From Hormiphora californensis (Eukaryota; Animalia; Ctenophora): a stretch of DNA of 64,000 nt. A model generated the notes under the pieces. That model ran no database searches. It was not told where the DNA came from and saw only the letters and a program-made list of their open reading frames with translations. Of this stretch, positions 37,005 to 52,000 are shown one piece after another. A program made the position numbers and the translations under genes. Where the stretch lies: contig CM035355.1 of assembly GCA_020137815.1 (NCBI GenBank), positions 8,308,001-8,372,000 of the forward strand, written 5' to 3'. Each line of letters begins with the position of its first letter. Positions within the stretch are counted from its first letter, which is position 1.

Positions 37005-40000
37005 TCATCCCACCGCTTCCTCCAGGGGTCTCATCACACGGAAGAACATCTCTCGACCGATATCACCAAACTTCTGCTCGTAGTCATCAACACTGAGGAG
37101 AGGGAGGGGTTGTTAGAAGGGTATAGTCTGGGGGACCAGGGGGGAGCAAGGGATGTACCTGAGTACACCCCCTTGTTGTTGTTGGGGATAATCTGGGGGA
37201 GGGAGGGTTGTTGTTAGTAGGGGATAATCTGGGGGGAGGGAGGGGTAGTTGGGGGATGTTAATTGGGGGATAGGACCTCCAGTTAGAATGCATACCTGAG
37301 CAGGTCTGGCATGTGTTCTTGAACTACGTCGGCACACTTCTGTACCAGTAATGCCTTTATCTTCTCCTTAGCATGTCTGTCTATTGGGTCCTGGGATGTG
37401 GCACACTTCAACTCTACCCTCCTGTAGTACAAGGGGGGGGGGGGGGGGTCATTAGTTTACCTTGCCGACCCTCTTTTACAAAAGCAAGTTTGTTCAAGGA
37501 ATTGGCCGGATACCGAAATGGCGTTTCATGCACACATAAGTACCTGTATATGTTTCTAATTTCAGGTAGTACAATGGTGTTGATGGTCATGGGGCCCAGC
37601 TCACACAAACCAGCTGCAGGAATAGAGAGAGGGAGAGGGATTAGTGGAAGAGGATGCCATCATATCAACTGAAACTGCAAATTCCGAACTTTGACAAGAG
37701 GTATCATGAAATAAAGTTGCTACTTACCCAAGACACCGAATGAGGTGACTAGTCCACTATTCTGCTTATCAAGGGCATGATGTAACATCCTTATCACCCT
37801 ACTTTGTAGCTGGTTCGTACCCAGGGAGTGGGATCTGACCAGACCTGCTAATACACTTGCTGCTGTTCGCCTCACTGCCCAGTGGTCCTGTTCCAGAGGC
37901 CGGGCTGAAAGAGGGGTTGGGGTAGTGAACAAAGAGGGAGAGTTAATTTCAATATATAGAACCCTGGTCTTCCAACCATGGTCACTTACTATATATCTCA
38001 TCTAGTATAGACCCCCCCCCTTGTTCCGCCACCCAGTACTTACTACATATCTGAGCGCACACCATGCAGCTGATGACACTAGGAATCAAGTCATGAAGGA
38101 ACTTCTCCAATCTTATTGCCCTGTTTTGAAGGAGTTGTTCCAGCATACTCAATACGTATTGTATGTAGTACATCTTGCTCTCTCCCAGTCCTACCTGTGG
38201 GAGAGGGGGATCAGCTGTGGGGGTCAGTGGGGGTGGGACGAGAAGGGAGATAGCGGCTTGTGGGATAGAAACGAGTAGTGTAGACTTGTGTATCTACTAA
38301 ACTTTTAGTACATATCTATTGCAATTTGGCTAAGCTTACCCGAATCCCCTCTATCATAAAGACAGAAAGACGAGGTATAATAGCGGCAAGTCCTGTATCT
38401 GTGGACAGAGAGTTCACTGCTTCGTCTCTACTGTCACATCCTTAGATATACACTTTGAAGTGAGTTCCCTGAGATTTAGTTACCAGTTAGTAGAGAATTA
38501 CTTAGTAATCAGTTTGATAACTTTAAGCTGGCTATATCGACTTCTGGGAAGTTAGGGGAAACTCTAACTGAACCGCGCGTCATTAATGGGATGCCATCAA
38601 TTGCAAAAGTCTAACCAGTGATGAAGCACAATAATGGACACACAACGCGCGGATGAGACTATTCCTATGACCGCGCGCGTTACGTACACTACTGGTCTAG
38701 GTTTGCTGTCCAGTGTTTCCCGCGGAACGCTCTTTTACAAACTTAAAGAAGGGAAATTGCCCCGGCCGTGGTGTTCGAATTGCCCCGGCCTACATTCAAA
38801 CCAATTTAAAACCCAGGGAATCTCAAAACACAGTAGTTCACCAAGTTTGCAACACAAAGTTCATCATTTACACATTCACGCATCACAGAGATTCATAAAT
38901 ACGATCATGTCAAAAGTCAGGGACGGTCGATCACACAGACGAGACTCACACACGATGTTCAGTGGTGGGAGAGAGAGACGAACCCCGAGAGAGAAGAATC
39001 TCTCCTCTGCCTCTCTTCACTTCTGCTTAAATATCCCGTCAACAAAAAAGTCACGTGACAGAAACAACAGGGGTACTATCAAAGTTTGCGACACGCTCTC
39101 CAGACTAGAACTGTTAACACAGTCAGTATGGCGGCCTATTCAGATTCATAGATCTGGATAACTTTCCCTATGTCAATAACATTCACATGTCAATAAGCAC
39201 CAGGTCATATCTAGAACTACGGTAAGGAGACGGGGTAGACTTAGAGGTACGGGGAACATGGGTATCTCTCATATCCCACATTTGGAAAACATTATTTCCT
39301 TCATATAAAAATACTAAACAATTCATTCATTTGCCATCACAAATAGTAGTCTCTGGGTGAAAATGAGATCGCATCGGACAAGGTAGATCCGTTAACAAAC
39401 AAGTTGTGACATCCAATGCCTCTTCATTTGCTTTATCTCCGTCACTGTGGATACTGCAGGGATTTAAATGTAAGTTATCTGAATTATTTCGGTTTGATCA
39501 TAGCACTGGCAAGTGCCCCTGGCCCAAAAGGGGAGTTGTGGGGGCACCCGACACAGCCCCCACCTTATAAATACCCAAAACAAAAGAGATAAAGCGAGTG
39601 AGAGACACACAATAATCCACAATACTGAGATTTACCACTTCAAGACGAAAGACTTCCACACTAAATGGTGAAAACCTGCCATTGCTACTATTATTGGAAC
39701 AAGATCTTCTCTGGCTGTTATACTCACTATCTCTCTCACACATACACGCCCTACTGCAGTACAACAGTGGAGGGGAACATACAGCTACAGCGGGCAGATC
39801 ACGGTTGTGGAAGAATGGTTTGCACATTTCGGGGCCGGATTTTTGATGCTTTAAAAAGCATCTTCCAGATTCGAAATTCCTATCTCATCAGAAACGACCT
39901 TCTCAATCAGATAGAATTGTCAATATCGGAAGTTTGGTTGTGAAACATTAATGGTGGCATTGAAAACCAACTTCCCAATGAGCCACCTCCTAATGAGTCA

Positions 40001-43000
40001 TGTTTAAGGGGGATGGGGTGAGTTTGGTTTATATTCAGGTCGGGGGGGGGGGGGGGCTTGCCAGGCCCCGAACCTATTGTATGTAATAATAATAATTAAT
40101 GTACAGTGTACACCAAAAAGGATAGAAATTTAGTCCAAAAAGCAATTAAACAAATTAGTTTCGATGCCCGGGCCCATGTCGTGTCACTGGGTTCACATCT
40201 TTAATATCATAAATTATCGATATAGGGAGATATCAGGAGCACATTGTGCACAAGAAAGTGGGATGAAGTCTGAGATATCAAGAAAGACAGAGATAGAGAG
40301 CAAATAAGAAGAGGGAGAGAGAGGGAGAGGGAGAGTGAGGGGGAAAGAGAGAGAGACCGAGAGAGAGAGAAGAGAGAGAGAGAGATAGAGAGGGAGAGAG
40401 AAGAACGAAGAAAGAGAGAGAACAGAGAGAGACAGAGAGATAGAGAGAGAGATAGAGAGAGAGGAGATTAGTAGAGCTCAAATCTGCCAGCTCGATCGCT
40501 GCTCGTCGATCTCTTCTACTGACCCCACCCTAGATCCTGCTCTCCCTCTCTCGCTCCTCCCCCTCTCTCTCCGTAGCCTAAAGATATTACCCCTGTGACA
40601 CAACGTGGGCCCCACCGGGCATCCAAACATTTATTTAATTGGTTTTTGGAGTAAATTATAATTATTTTATTCCTTGGATTGGAAAATATATTCTCAAATC
40701 CACCCTTGAATACAAAGAATACTACTATCGATCAAATTTGTGACATGTAACTTACATATGATTTCCTTATTCGTTCTTGCTTATCCTCGCCCAATTTTTT
40801 GGCCTTTGCCATTGCTCTGCGCTTAGCGCCAAAATCCAATGGGTCTTCATCACTTTGATCAAGATCACTTTGATCATCCTGGTCACTTTCAGTCTCTCTA
40901 GAAATATCGTCATCAATCAGCAGGTTATGTAGCCTACAACATGCGGAGATGACTTGCACAGAAAAGTCAACTTCATAAAACGGCAGCTGTACATAAAGCA
41001 CCTTGAAACTGAAAAAGAATAAGTAGTATTAGAATATTGTACATAGCTACATATATCTTATAATATGGAAAGACTAATTTAGAGCAAAAACCAATTGAAA
41101 TTAGTTCGCCGGAAAGCTGGCCCATTTTGTTCTCACTCTTTCATTTGCGTCAGGCTTCAAAGACATTGAGGTATCCGTATATTTTTCCACCTTCAACTCA
41201 AAGGTGACGTAAATGAAGGATTAAGTTCAAACATGTGGTTCTCAAAATATGGGGAGGATGTGGTTGAGGTTTGGAGTTGGGGGGGTTTTGAGTTAAAAAC
41301 GGGGTGAGGGTTGGGTAAAACTATAATTTTATATCGATCACGGGAAGATACGTGTGAAATTTTTTATTTAGTTAGTTAGATTGTTTTGTTGCACCGTTTA
41401 GGTGGTGGGGGGGCTGGAAGGAAAATTGTTCGAAGCGGGGAAGCGGTTATTGTTCGGGATAAGTGTCTAGAGGCTGGGGGTGGGCCACCTTTCCATCGAC
41501 TAATGTCAATTAGTTTTTGTCTAAATTTGTACGATTTTTGTACTATTTTTAGCGTTAAAATGCAGTTGAGCTAGCTACTTCAAATTTTTACTGTCAGTAG
41601 AGCTCTATGTGAAGCTTCTTAGTACAGTCGGAACCCGATTTACCGGGATGCTCGGGGGAAAGGGTTTTGCCCGGTAAATCGGGTGCCGTATATCGGGGTC
41701 AAATACTATTAATTTCCTATATCGGGGGAAGATTATCCTCCGACTGTACCAAATTTCAGCCTCCTAGCTCATCTCGTTTCGGAGTTAGGAGGGGTCGAAA
41801 AGTGCCAAAATGGGCTAAAAATTGTTATATATACGCTGTCGGCAAGCGGGCCCACTTTTTCGGGAAAAGTTCAGAGGGAGGGGATGGGGCCACCTTTGCG
41901 CTTGCCAGCGCATTGATATGTTAGATATAGGTAGAATGTTAATTTCACCAATACCTGTTTTTCAGCTTCCCAAAACACCTTTCATTATGTCATCTCCGTC
42001 TTGGAGAGATTGTGTTGAAAGTTCTTTTCCCATCGCGAGGTTTAGGGTTGTGTTTGTACTGGGTCTGTAGCCATTCACAGGAGTGGGAAGGCAACTTGCT
42101 CCAGAATATGCCATCCCTTTGTAGATTTTTTTCAAGGTATGGCCCCAATCCACGGTTGTGTGAATACCCCACAGTCCCCAACATGCTCCCAGTCCACCAA
42201 CATGAGCAAAGGTCAGCTTCATGTCCGCTAGGCAATGCTGTAAAGATTTTTGTATTAATTTTATTATATATGTATCTTCTTGATATGTTCCTCTCTGTTC
42301 TCCCATTAATTGGTAAAAATGTCAATTTTTTAACGTTTGTTCTAAAAACACAATTTATTAACTCGTTTCCATTTGTCCCACGTGAACCACTTGTGCCCCA
42401 GAGAGGGTGAACCACTTTGCCCCAGTTTGACTAATTTGAAATTAAATAAACACTTTGGTGAGTTTTTTGAAAAAATTTTATACCAAGTTTTAGAAGGAAA
42501 AAACGTACCTTTTGTGATTAAATTAAACTGGCAGTTTTTGCAAATTAAAATCGGCCAACTCAAACAGAAATTACACAAGCGTTTTAAAAAAGCAAATTCG
42601 GAACAGAACGACCGGTCTCCGCTGGAGAAAGTCACGTGACTACACGTTAACTAGACCTTTTGCCCCTAACTGTGCCAACTTTGCCCCGTGGACCATTTTA
42701 CCCCAGTCTACCTACTACAGTCCGTTCAGATAAAATTTGAAATAAATAGAGAGGAAGGTTAATAATCTGTTATACCATTCCGCTTATGTCTAGTCTCGCT
42801 GTACGTACCTAAAATTACAGAGGTGAACCCTGTAACCACAGTTTTCTCTTTCCAGAGCTCTGACGGGAATGTGGGTCCCATCGATTGCTCCCACTGCTCC
42901 CTGAAAATATTGTAGTGTCGTTTAGTTTGTAATATAATCTCTATTATAATTTGGAGATGTCGCGTCGAAGTGGTCGTTTTGGGTAGCCGTTGTTTTGCTC

Positions 43001-46000
43001 TGTTGGTAGTTAGTGATCATTTCTGAACATAGTTTAGCAATTGATAGTTACCGATTCAGTTGCCATGGCACCCATTGATTGGTATCAAATTGGGAAAAAG
43101 GGCCACCCGGCGAAGCCGGGTTGTGTGTCAAACCCCTTACTTGAGCCCCACCCGCTGGGTGCGCTAGTTATATATATATATATATATATATAAATAATAT
43201 ACAATAAGTGTTTAATTGTGTGCGGTAGATCGATTAGTTACCTGAATTCCACCCATGGAGTTAAAGTCTTTAACAATCCCTCCTCTAGTTCTGCCTCCTT
43301 GAATTGCGGAAAGGTAGCATGGTTGTCAGCATGGCAATGCCTTCGTCAATCGCATACCTTGTTGATGTAATCGACACACCCCAAGACTCACAAGACACTT
43401 GTGGGCCCCCTTTGCTAATCCACCGCATACATATAGCCAGGCCCTTTCGTTTCGTTATTCCTTTTTTTAGTTAGTTGTCCTTGTGTAGGGCATGTGCTCT
43501 GCCATACGTCAAACAGACGGCGTGGCAACCCGGAATTTCGACTGAAATTTCTTTTCTGTCAAGTCCTGCTCGTATGTCCACCACGTTGCGGTCCGGGCGG
43601 GTTTGGCCCTTTTTTTAATTCAGGTGCCCTGTTGCTAGATGCCCAACTCAATGGCAGCTGCCAAATGTGTATTCGTGTCGATGTTGCTGTTTGGCAGGCT
43701 GCAGAGCCTTCACCTATAGCCTGATGATAAGAAATTCGTCCCCAGAATCAGATGACGATGAGCTCGACGAACTGTCAGAGAGGACATATCGATTTGTCAT
43801 GATAATGACACAATTAGCCGTATATTATGCACTATGGCTGCAGGACTCACAACCACACATCACCCCACACACATGATATTGATCAAGCCTGAACAACAGG
43901 TTTGAATCAAGTCGAACCGTTCAACGGTACGAGGTGCCATCACTGATTTCGTGCAGTTGATCCGAGGATCACGAATTCAATTAATATGTCGTGATTACTG
44001 TTTAATGCCCCACTGGTCATTCCGAAAATCAATACAAACACATTAATGGCTGCACGTATATGAGTTACTCCAACCCTCCAGTTTCAATTGCTTGTTTAAC
44101 GAAGGAAGTAACCAAGCGATCCACTGGATTCGATATATCTAGGCGCATATCATATGCCACAGTACTGATGATTAGCACTATCTTTTATCGGATATCTCGA
44201 ACAGCAACATCCTTGTTTTAAACAGGGTTTTGCTTTCTAAACCAGTTAGGCGTATTAAACAGGCACATGTTATCTGCACGGCTCACATATCATGATAATG
44301 AACTACATTACATTAGCCGTAGTATTATGCCTATGCTGCAGGGACATCACACACACACATCACCCACACACATGATATTGATCAAGCCTGAACAACATTT
44401 TATTGAACAATCGACCGTTCAACGGTACGAGGTGCCATCACTGATTTCGTGCAGTGGATCCGAGGATCACGAATTCAATTAATGGTCGTGATTACTGTTT
44501 AATAGCCCAACTGGTCATTCCGAAAAATCGATACAAACACATTAATGTGCTGCACTGTATATGAGTTACTCCAACCTCCAGTTTCAATGCTTGTTTAAAG
44601 CGAGAAGTAACCAAGCGATCCACTGGATTCGATATATCTAGGCGCATATCATATTGCCACAGTACTGATGTATTAGCACTATCTTTATTCGGATATCTCG
44701 AACCAGCAACAATCCTTGTATTTAAACAGGGTTCTTCTGCTTTCTAACCAGTTAGGCGTATTAAACAGGGCACATGTTATCTCAGCGCTCACATATCATG
44801 ATAATGAACTACATTAGCCTAGTATTATGCACTATGCTGCAGGGACATCACACACACACATCACCCACACACATGATATTGATCAACCTGAACAACAGTT
44901 ATTGAATCAATCGACCGTTCAACGGTACGAGGTGCTCACCTGATTTCGTTGCAGTTGATCCGAGGATCACGATTTCAATTATATGTCGTGATTACTGTTT
45001 AATAGCCCACGGTCATTCCGAAAAATCAGAACAAACACATAATGTGCTGCCACTGTATATGAGTTTACTCCAACCCTCCAGTTTCAATGCTTGTTTAACG
45101 AAGGAGTAACCAAGCGCATCCACTGTTTCGATATATCTATAGCGCATATCATATTGCCACAGTACTGAGTATTAGCACTATCTTGATATCGGAATATCTC
45201 AACAGCAACAATCCTTGTATTAAAACAGGGTTCTTGCTTTCTAACCAGTTAGGCTATTTAAACAGGGCACATGTTACTGCCAGCGCTCACATATCATGAT
45301 ATTGAACTACATAGCCGTAGTATTATGCACTATGCTGCAGGGACATCACACACACACATCACCCACACACATGATATTGATCAAGCCTGAACAACAGGTA
45401 TTGAATCACGACCGTTCCACGGTACGAGGTGCCATCACTGATTTCGTGCAGTTGATCCGAGGATCACGAATTCAATTATATGTCGTGATTACTGTTTAAT
45501 AGCCCAACTGGTCATTCCGAAAAATCAGATACAAACACATTAATGTGCTGCACTGTATATGAGTTACTCCAACCCTCCAGTTCTCATGCTTGTTAAACGA
45601 AGGAAGTAACCAAGCGATCCACTGTTCATATTCTAGGCGCATATCATATTGCCACAGTACTGATGTATAGCACATCTTTATATCGTATATCTCGAACAGC
45701 ACCAATCCTTGAATTTAAACAGGGTTCTTGCTTTCTAACCTTAGCGTATAACAGGGCACATGTTATCTGCAGCGCTCACATATCATGATAATGAACTACA
45801 TTAGCCTTAGTATTATGCACTATGCTGCAGGGACATCACAACACACACACTCACCCACACACATGATATTGATCAAGCCTGAACAACAGTTATTGAATCA
45901 ATCGACCGTTCAACGGTACGAGGGGCCATCACTGATTTCGTGCAGTTGATCCGAGGATCACGAATTCAATTAATATGTCGTGATTACTGTTTAATAGCCC

Positions 46001-49000
46001 AACTGGTCATTCCGAAAAATCAGATACAAACACATTAAGGTGCTGCACTGTATATGAGTTACTCCAACCCTCCAGTTTCAATGCTTGTTTAACGAAGGAA
46101 GTAACCAGCGATCCACTGGATTCGATAATCTAGGCGCATATCATATGCCACAGTACTGATGTTTAGCACTATCTTTATATCGGATATCTCGAACAGCAAC
46201 AATCCTTGTATTTAACAGGGTTCTGCTTTCTAAACAGTTAGGCTATTAAACAGGGCACATGTTATCTGCAACATCGCTCACATATCATGATATGAACTAC
46301 ATTAGCCGTAGTATTAGCACTATGCTGCGGGGACATCACAACACACACATCACCCACACACTGATATTGATCAAGCCTGAAACAGGTTATTGAATCAATC
46401 GACCGTTCAACGGTACGAGGTGCCATCACTGATTTCGTGCAGTTGATCCGAGATCACGAATTCAATTATTGTCGTGATTACTGTTATAGATAGCCCAACT
46501 GGTCATTCGAAAAATCAGATACAAACACATTATGTGCTGCACTGTATATAGTTACTCTCCAACCTCCAGTTTCAATGCTTGTTTAACGAAAGAGATACCA
46601 AGCGATCCACTGGTTCGATATTCTAGGCGCATATCATATTGCCACAGTACTGATGTATTAGCACTATCTTTATATCGGATATCTCGAACACAACAATCCT
46701 TGTATTTACAGGTTCTTGCTTTCTAACCAGTTAGGCTATAACAGGCACATTTTATCTGCAGCGCTCACATTCAGGATAATGAACTACATTAGCCGTAGTA
46801 TTATGCACTATCTGCTGGACATCACAACACACATCACCCACACACATGATATTATGATCAAGCCTGAACAACAGTTATTTGAATCATCGACCGTTCAACG
46901 GTACGAGGTGCCATCACTGATTTCGTGCAGTTGATCCGAGGAGGGTTGGAGTACTCATATACAGTGCAGCACATAATGTGTTTTGTATCTGATTTTTCGG
47001 AATGACCGTTGGGCTATTAAACAGTAATCAGACATATTAATTGAATTCGTGATCCTCGGATCAACTGCACGAAATCAGTGATGGCACCTCGTACCGTTGA
47101 ACGGTCGATTGATTCAATAACCTGTTGTGTTCAGGCTTGATCATATCATGTGTTGGTGATGTGTGTGTGTGATGTCCCGCCCATAGTCATAATACTACGG
47201 CTAATGTAGTTCATTATCATGATAGTGAGCGCTGCAGATAACAGTGTGCCCTGTTTAATACGCCTAACTGGTTAGAAAGCAAGAACCCTGTTTAAATACA
47301 AGGATTGTGTGCTGTTCGAGATATCCGATAAAAGATGTGCTAATACATCAGTACTGTGGCAATATGATATGCGCCTAGAATATCGATCCAGTGGATCGCT
47401 TGTTACTTCTCTTCCTGTTAACAAGATTGAAACTGGAGGGTTGGAGTACTCATATACAGTGGCCACATTAATGTGTTTGTATTCTGATTTTTCGGAAATG
47501 ACCAGTTGGGCTATTAAACAGTAATCACGACATATAATTGAATTCGTGATCCTCGATCAACTGCACGAAATCATGATGGCACCTCGTACCGTTGAACGGT
47601 CGATTGATTCAATAACCGTTGTTCAGGCTGATCAATATCATGTGTGTGGGTGATGTGTGTGTGTGATGTCCCTGCATCATAGTGCATAATAACTACGTCT
47701 AATGTAGTTCATTATCATGATATGTGAGCGCTGCATAACATGTGCCCTGTTTAATACGCCTAACTGGTTAGAAAGCAAGAACCCTGTTTAAATACAAGGA
47801 TTGTTGCTGTTCGAGATATCCGATATAAAGATAGTGCTAATACACCCAGTGGCAGGAAGATGATTGGTGCATCAGATACATCAATTTAGCAACCTCCAAG
47901 TGCATCTTTCCAGTTGTGGCCGAAGGCCCAATTTTGCAACCCAACGCGACGGCAGTGGGTCTGTGGGTCATTTTGGGGTATTTTTATTTCAGATATAGTC
48001 TTAAACAGTCATAAACGTGGTCTATGAACATATTTAGCCTATAGGAAACCTGAAATTTAAGAAAAATTCGATTTGAAAAAATGATGCACTGATGCACTTA
48101 GATAACGCGCCAAAATACTATGACCAAATTTGGCAAGTTTGGGGTATTTTTTATTTCAAGATATAGTCTTTCAACAGTCATACAACTGGTCTATGAACCA
48201 TATTTAGCCTGTAGGAAACCGTAAAATTTAAAGAAAAAACTCGATTTGAAAAAAAAGATGCACTGATCAGCTTATAGAACACGCAAAATACTCGAGTATT
48301 TTGCCGTATCTAAATGTACGGGGCATCTTTTGACAAAACACAACTTAAACCGATTTTGACAAAAAAGCTACCACTAGAAATGCCCCGGACTATTTTTAGA
48401 GCTTCTCTTGATATTTCCTAAAAATTTTGGTTGATCAGTCAACCTCGATGTTGCATCATGATGCAAGTCATTTCTTTCTTCTTTCTTCATCACAAGTGCA
48501 TCAGTATAAATACTCAATACTCATCTTTCTGCCACTGGGCTAATACATCAGTACTGTGGCAATGATATGCGCCTAATATATCGAATCCATTGGTCGCTTG
48601 GGTTACTTCCTTCGTTAAAACAAGCATTGAACTGGAGGGTTGGAGTACTCATATACAGTGCAGCACATTATGTGTTTGTATCTGATTTTTTCGGAATGAC
48701 CAGTTTTGGGCTATTACACAGTAATCACGACATATTAATTGAATTCGTGATCCTCGGATCAACTGCACGAAATCAGTGATGGCACCTCGTACCGTTGAAC
48801 GGTCGATTGATTCAATAACCTGTTGTTCAGGCTTGATCAATATCATGTGTGTGGTGATGTGTGTGTGTGATGTCCCTGCAGCATAGTGCATATACTACGT
48901 GCTAATGTAGTTCATTATCATGATATGGAGCGCTGCAGATAACATGTGCCCTGTTTAATACGCCTAACTGGTTAGAAAGCAAGAACCCTGTTAAATACAA

Positions 49001-52000
49001 GGATTGTTGCTGTTCGAGATATCCGAATAAAGATAGTGCTAATACATCAGTACTGTGGCAATATGATATGCGCCTAGATATATCGAATCCGTGGATCGGC
49101 TGGTTACTTCCTTCGTTAAACAAGCATTGAAACTGGGGGTTTGGAGTAACTCATATACAGTGCAGCAATTAATGTGTTTGTATCTGATTTTTCGGAATGA
49201 GACCATTGGGCTATTAAACAGTAATCACGACTATTATTGAATTCGTGATCCTCGATCAACTGCCTAAATCAGTGATGGCAACCTCGTACCGTTGAACGTG
49301 TCGATTGGATTCAATACCTGTTGTTCAGGCTTGATCAATATCATGTGTGTGGGTGATGTTGTGTGTGTGTCCCTGCAGCATAGTGCATAATACTACGGCT
49401 ACTGTAGTTCATTATCATGATATGTGAGGCGCTGCAGATAACATGTGCCCTGTTTAATACGCCTAACTGGTTAGAAAGCAAGAACCCTGTTTAAATAACA
49501 AGGATTGTTGCTGTTGTCGAGATATCCGATATAAAGATAGTGCTAATACTCATACTGTGGCAATATGATATGCGCCTGCTAATCGAATCCATTGGATCGC
49601 GTTGTTACTTCCTTCGTTAAACAAGCATTGAAACTGGAGGGTTGGAGTAACTCATATACAGTGCAGCACATTAATGTTTTGTATCTGATTTTTCGGAATG
49701 ACCAGTTGGGCTATTAAACAGTAACTCACGACATATTAATTGAATTCGTGATCCTCGGAATCAACTGCAGAATCACGTGATGGCACCTCGGGACCTGTGA
49801 ACGGTCGATTGATTCATAACCTGTTGTTTCACTTGAGCAATACATGTGTGGGAGGTGATAATATGTTTTGAGTCATGGGCTTGATGTGTGTGTGATGTCC
49901 CTCAGCATAGTGCATATACTACGCTAATGTAGTTGCATTATCATGATATTAGCGCTGCAGATACTGTGCCCTGTTTAATACGCCTACTGTTAGAAGCAGA
50001 ACCCTTTTAAATACAAGGATTGTTGCTTCAGATATCCGATATAAATAGTGCTAATCCCAGTACTGTGCAATCTAATCGCCTGAGTATAATCGAATCCATG
50101 GATCGCTTGGTTACTTCCTTTCGTTAACGCATTTAACGGAGTGATACTCAAACGTGCAACTTAAGTACTGATTTTACGATGACCAGTTGGGCTAGAACAG
50201 TATCACGCATATGATCGTGTCGATCAACTGCAACAGTGTGGCACCTACCGTGAACGGTGATTGATTCACTTTGTCAGCTGATATCTGTGTGTGGGGATGT
50301 GGTTGATTCCTGTCATGTGCTATCACTACGGTAGAGTCATTCAGATTGAGCGCTCAGTCTGTGCCTGTCCTAACTGTAAAGCAAGCCTGTTATACATTTC
50401 TAATCGATCTAAAGTAGTCTAATACATCAGTCGAATTATACGTAGATTTCGATCGTGATGTTGGTTATTCGTACAGCATTACTGGAGGGAATAACTATAT
50501 ACAGTGCAGCACATTAATGGTTTGTATCTGATTTTTCGCGAGACCAGTTGGGCTATTAAACGTAACACGCTATTATTGAATTCGTGCTCCTCGGATCACT
50601 GCACGAAATCAGTGATGGCACTCGTACCGTTGACGGTCGATGATTCAATAACCGTGGTTCAGGCTTGATCAATATCATGTGTGTGGGGTGATGTGTGTGT
50701 GTGTTGTCCCTGCAGCATAGTGTCAATACTCACGGCTATGTAGTCTTATCATTATATTGTGAGCGCTGCAGATAACATGTGCCCTGTTTAATACCCGTAA
50801 CTGTTAGAAAGCAAGAACCCTGTTTAAATACAAGGATTGTTGCTGTTCGAATATCCGATATAAAGATAGTGCTAATACATCAGTACTGTGGCAATAGGAA
50901 TATGCGCCTAGATATATCGAATCCATGGATCGCTTGTTTACTTCCTTCGTTAAACAAGCATTGAAACTGGAGGGTTGGAGTAACTCATATACAGCGTCCA
51001 CACTTAATGTGTTGGATCTGATTTTCGGAATGACCAGTTGGGCTATAAAACAGTAATCACGACATATTAATTGAATTCGTGATCCTCGGATCAACTGCAC
51101 GAAATCAGTGATGGCACCTCGTACCGTTGAACGGTCGATTGATTCAATAACCTGTTGTTCAGGCTTGATCAATATCATGTGTGTGGTGATGTGTGTGTGT
51201 GATGTCCCTGCAGCATAGTGCATAATACTACGGCTATTATTTCATACCATGATAGTGAGCGCTGCAGATAACATGTGCCCTGTTTAATACGCCTAACTGG
51301 TTAGAAAGCAAGAACCCTGTTTAAATCAAAGGATTGTTGCTGTTCGAGATATCCGATATAAGATAGTGCTAATACACAGTACTGTGGCAATATGATATGC
51401 GCCTAGATATATCGAATCCATTGGATCGCTTGGTTACTTCCTTCGTTAACAAGCATTGAAACTGGAGGGTTTGGAGTAACTCATATACAGTGCAGCACAT
51501 ATGTGTTTGTATCTGATTTTTCGGAATGACCAGTTGGGCTATTAAACAGTAATCACACATATTAATATTGATTTTGCTTAGAAACTATAAGAATGTCAAG
51601 TGAATTGTGTACCAAAGAAATTGTACGGTCAAAATTAACGTCCCTAAAAAGAGAGTTATGCTGAGTAGTTCTACTCGATCAGTAATTTTTTGGAACTTCC
51701 TAACCCAAAGTCAAAGGGCCATAAACATATTTAGAGCGAAAAAAAAACTGAATAAAGTGATGAAATTTTTCTGGTTTGGATTTCTCTCTGAATCGATCGC
51801 GCGCTTGCTCGCGCCGGCGCACCGTTTGTAAATCTTCGCGTTATTTTTTATAGCACTGTGATCGGATTTTGTTGTTTCAAGAATTTTAAAAAATTTTTCG
51901 CGGTGAATGAGTTTTTGAAAACGAAAAGCTTCTGCAAACCATTCCAGATGTTATCCTTCACCCATCTGCAAACACTGCTCCTTAGATAGCAAACAACACT

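Noticed and set aside
38634-39943. ORFs and an exon-like segment inside the left arm of the Harbinger element
   Set aside because: No recognisable motif; one ORF overlaps the TIR; may be degraded cargo but cannot be supported.
41930-42712. pogo-like element (TA-GGTAGA...TCTACC-TA) in the transposase intron
   Set aside because: Only 6 bp of terminal complementarity and no convincing protein motif.
43100-43170. Helitron 3' end (CCCGGCGAAGCCGGG hairpin, later CTAG)
   Set aside because: No 5' TC end or helicase remnant identified; too little evidence.
43798-51570. Tandem array of 5S rRNA, tRNA, snRNA or spliced-leader RNA genes, or a repeated coding exon
   Set aside because: I could not recognise any such RNA sequence or a stop-free frame in the ~500-bp unit; an Infernal/Rfam scan of the consensus would be decisive.
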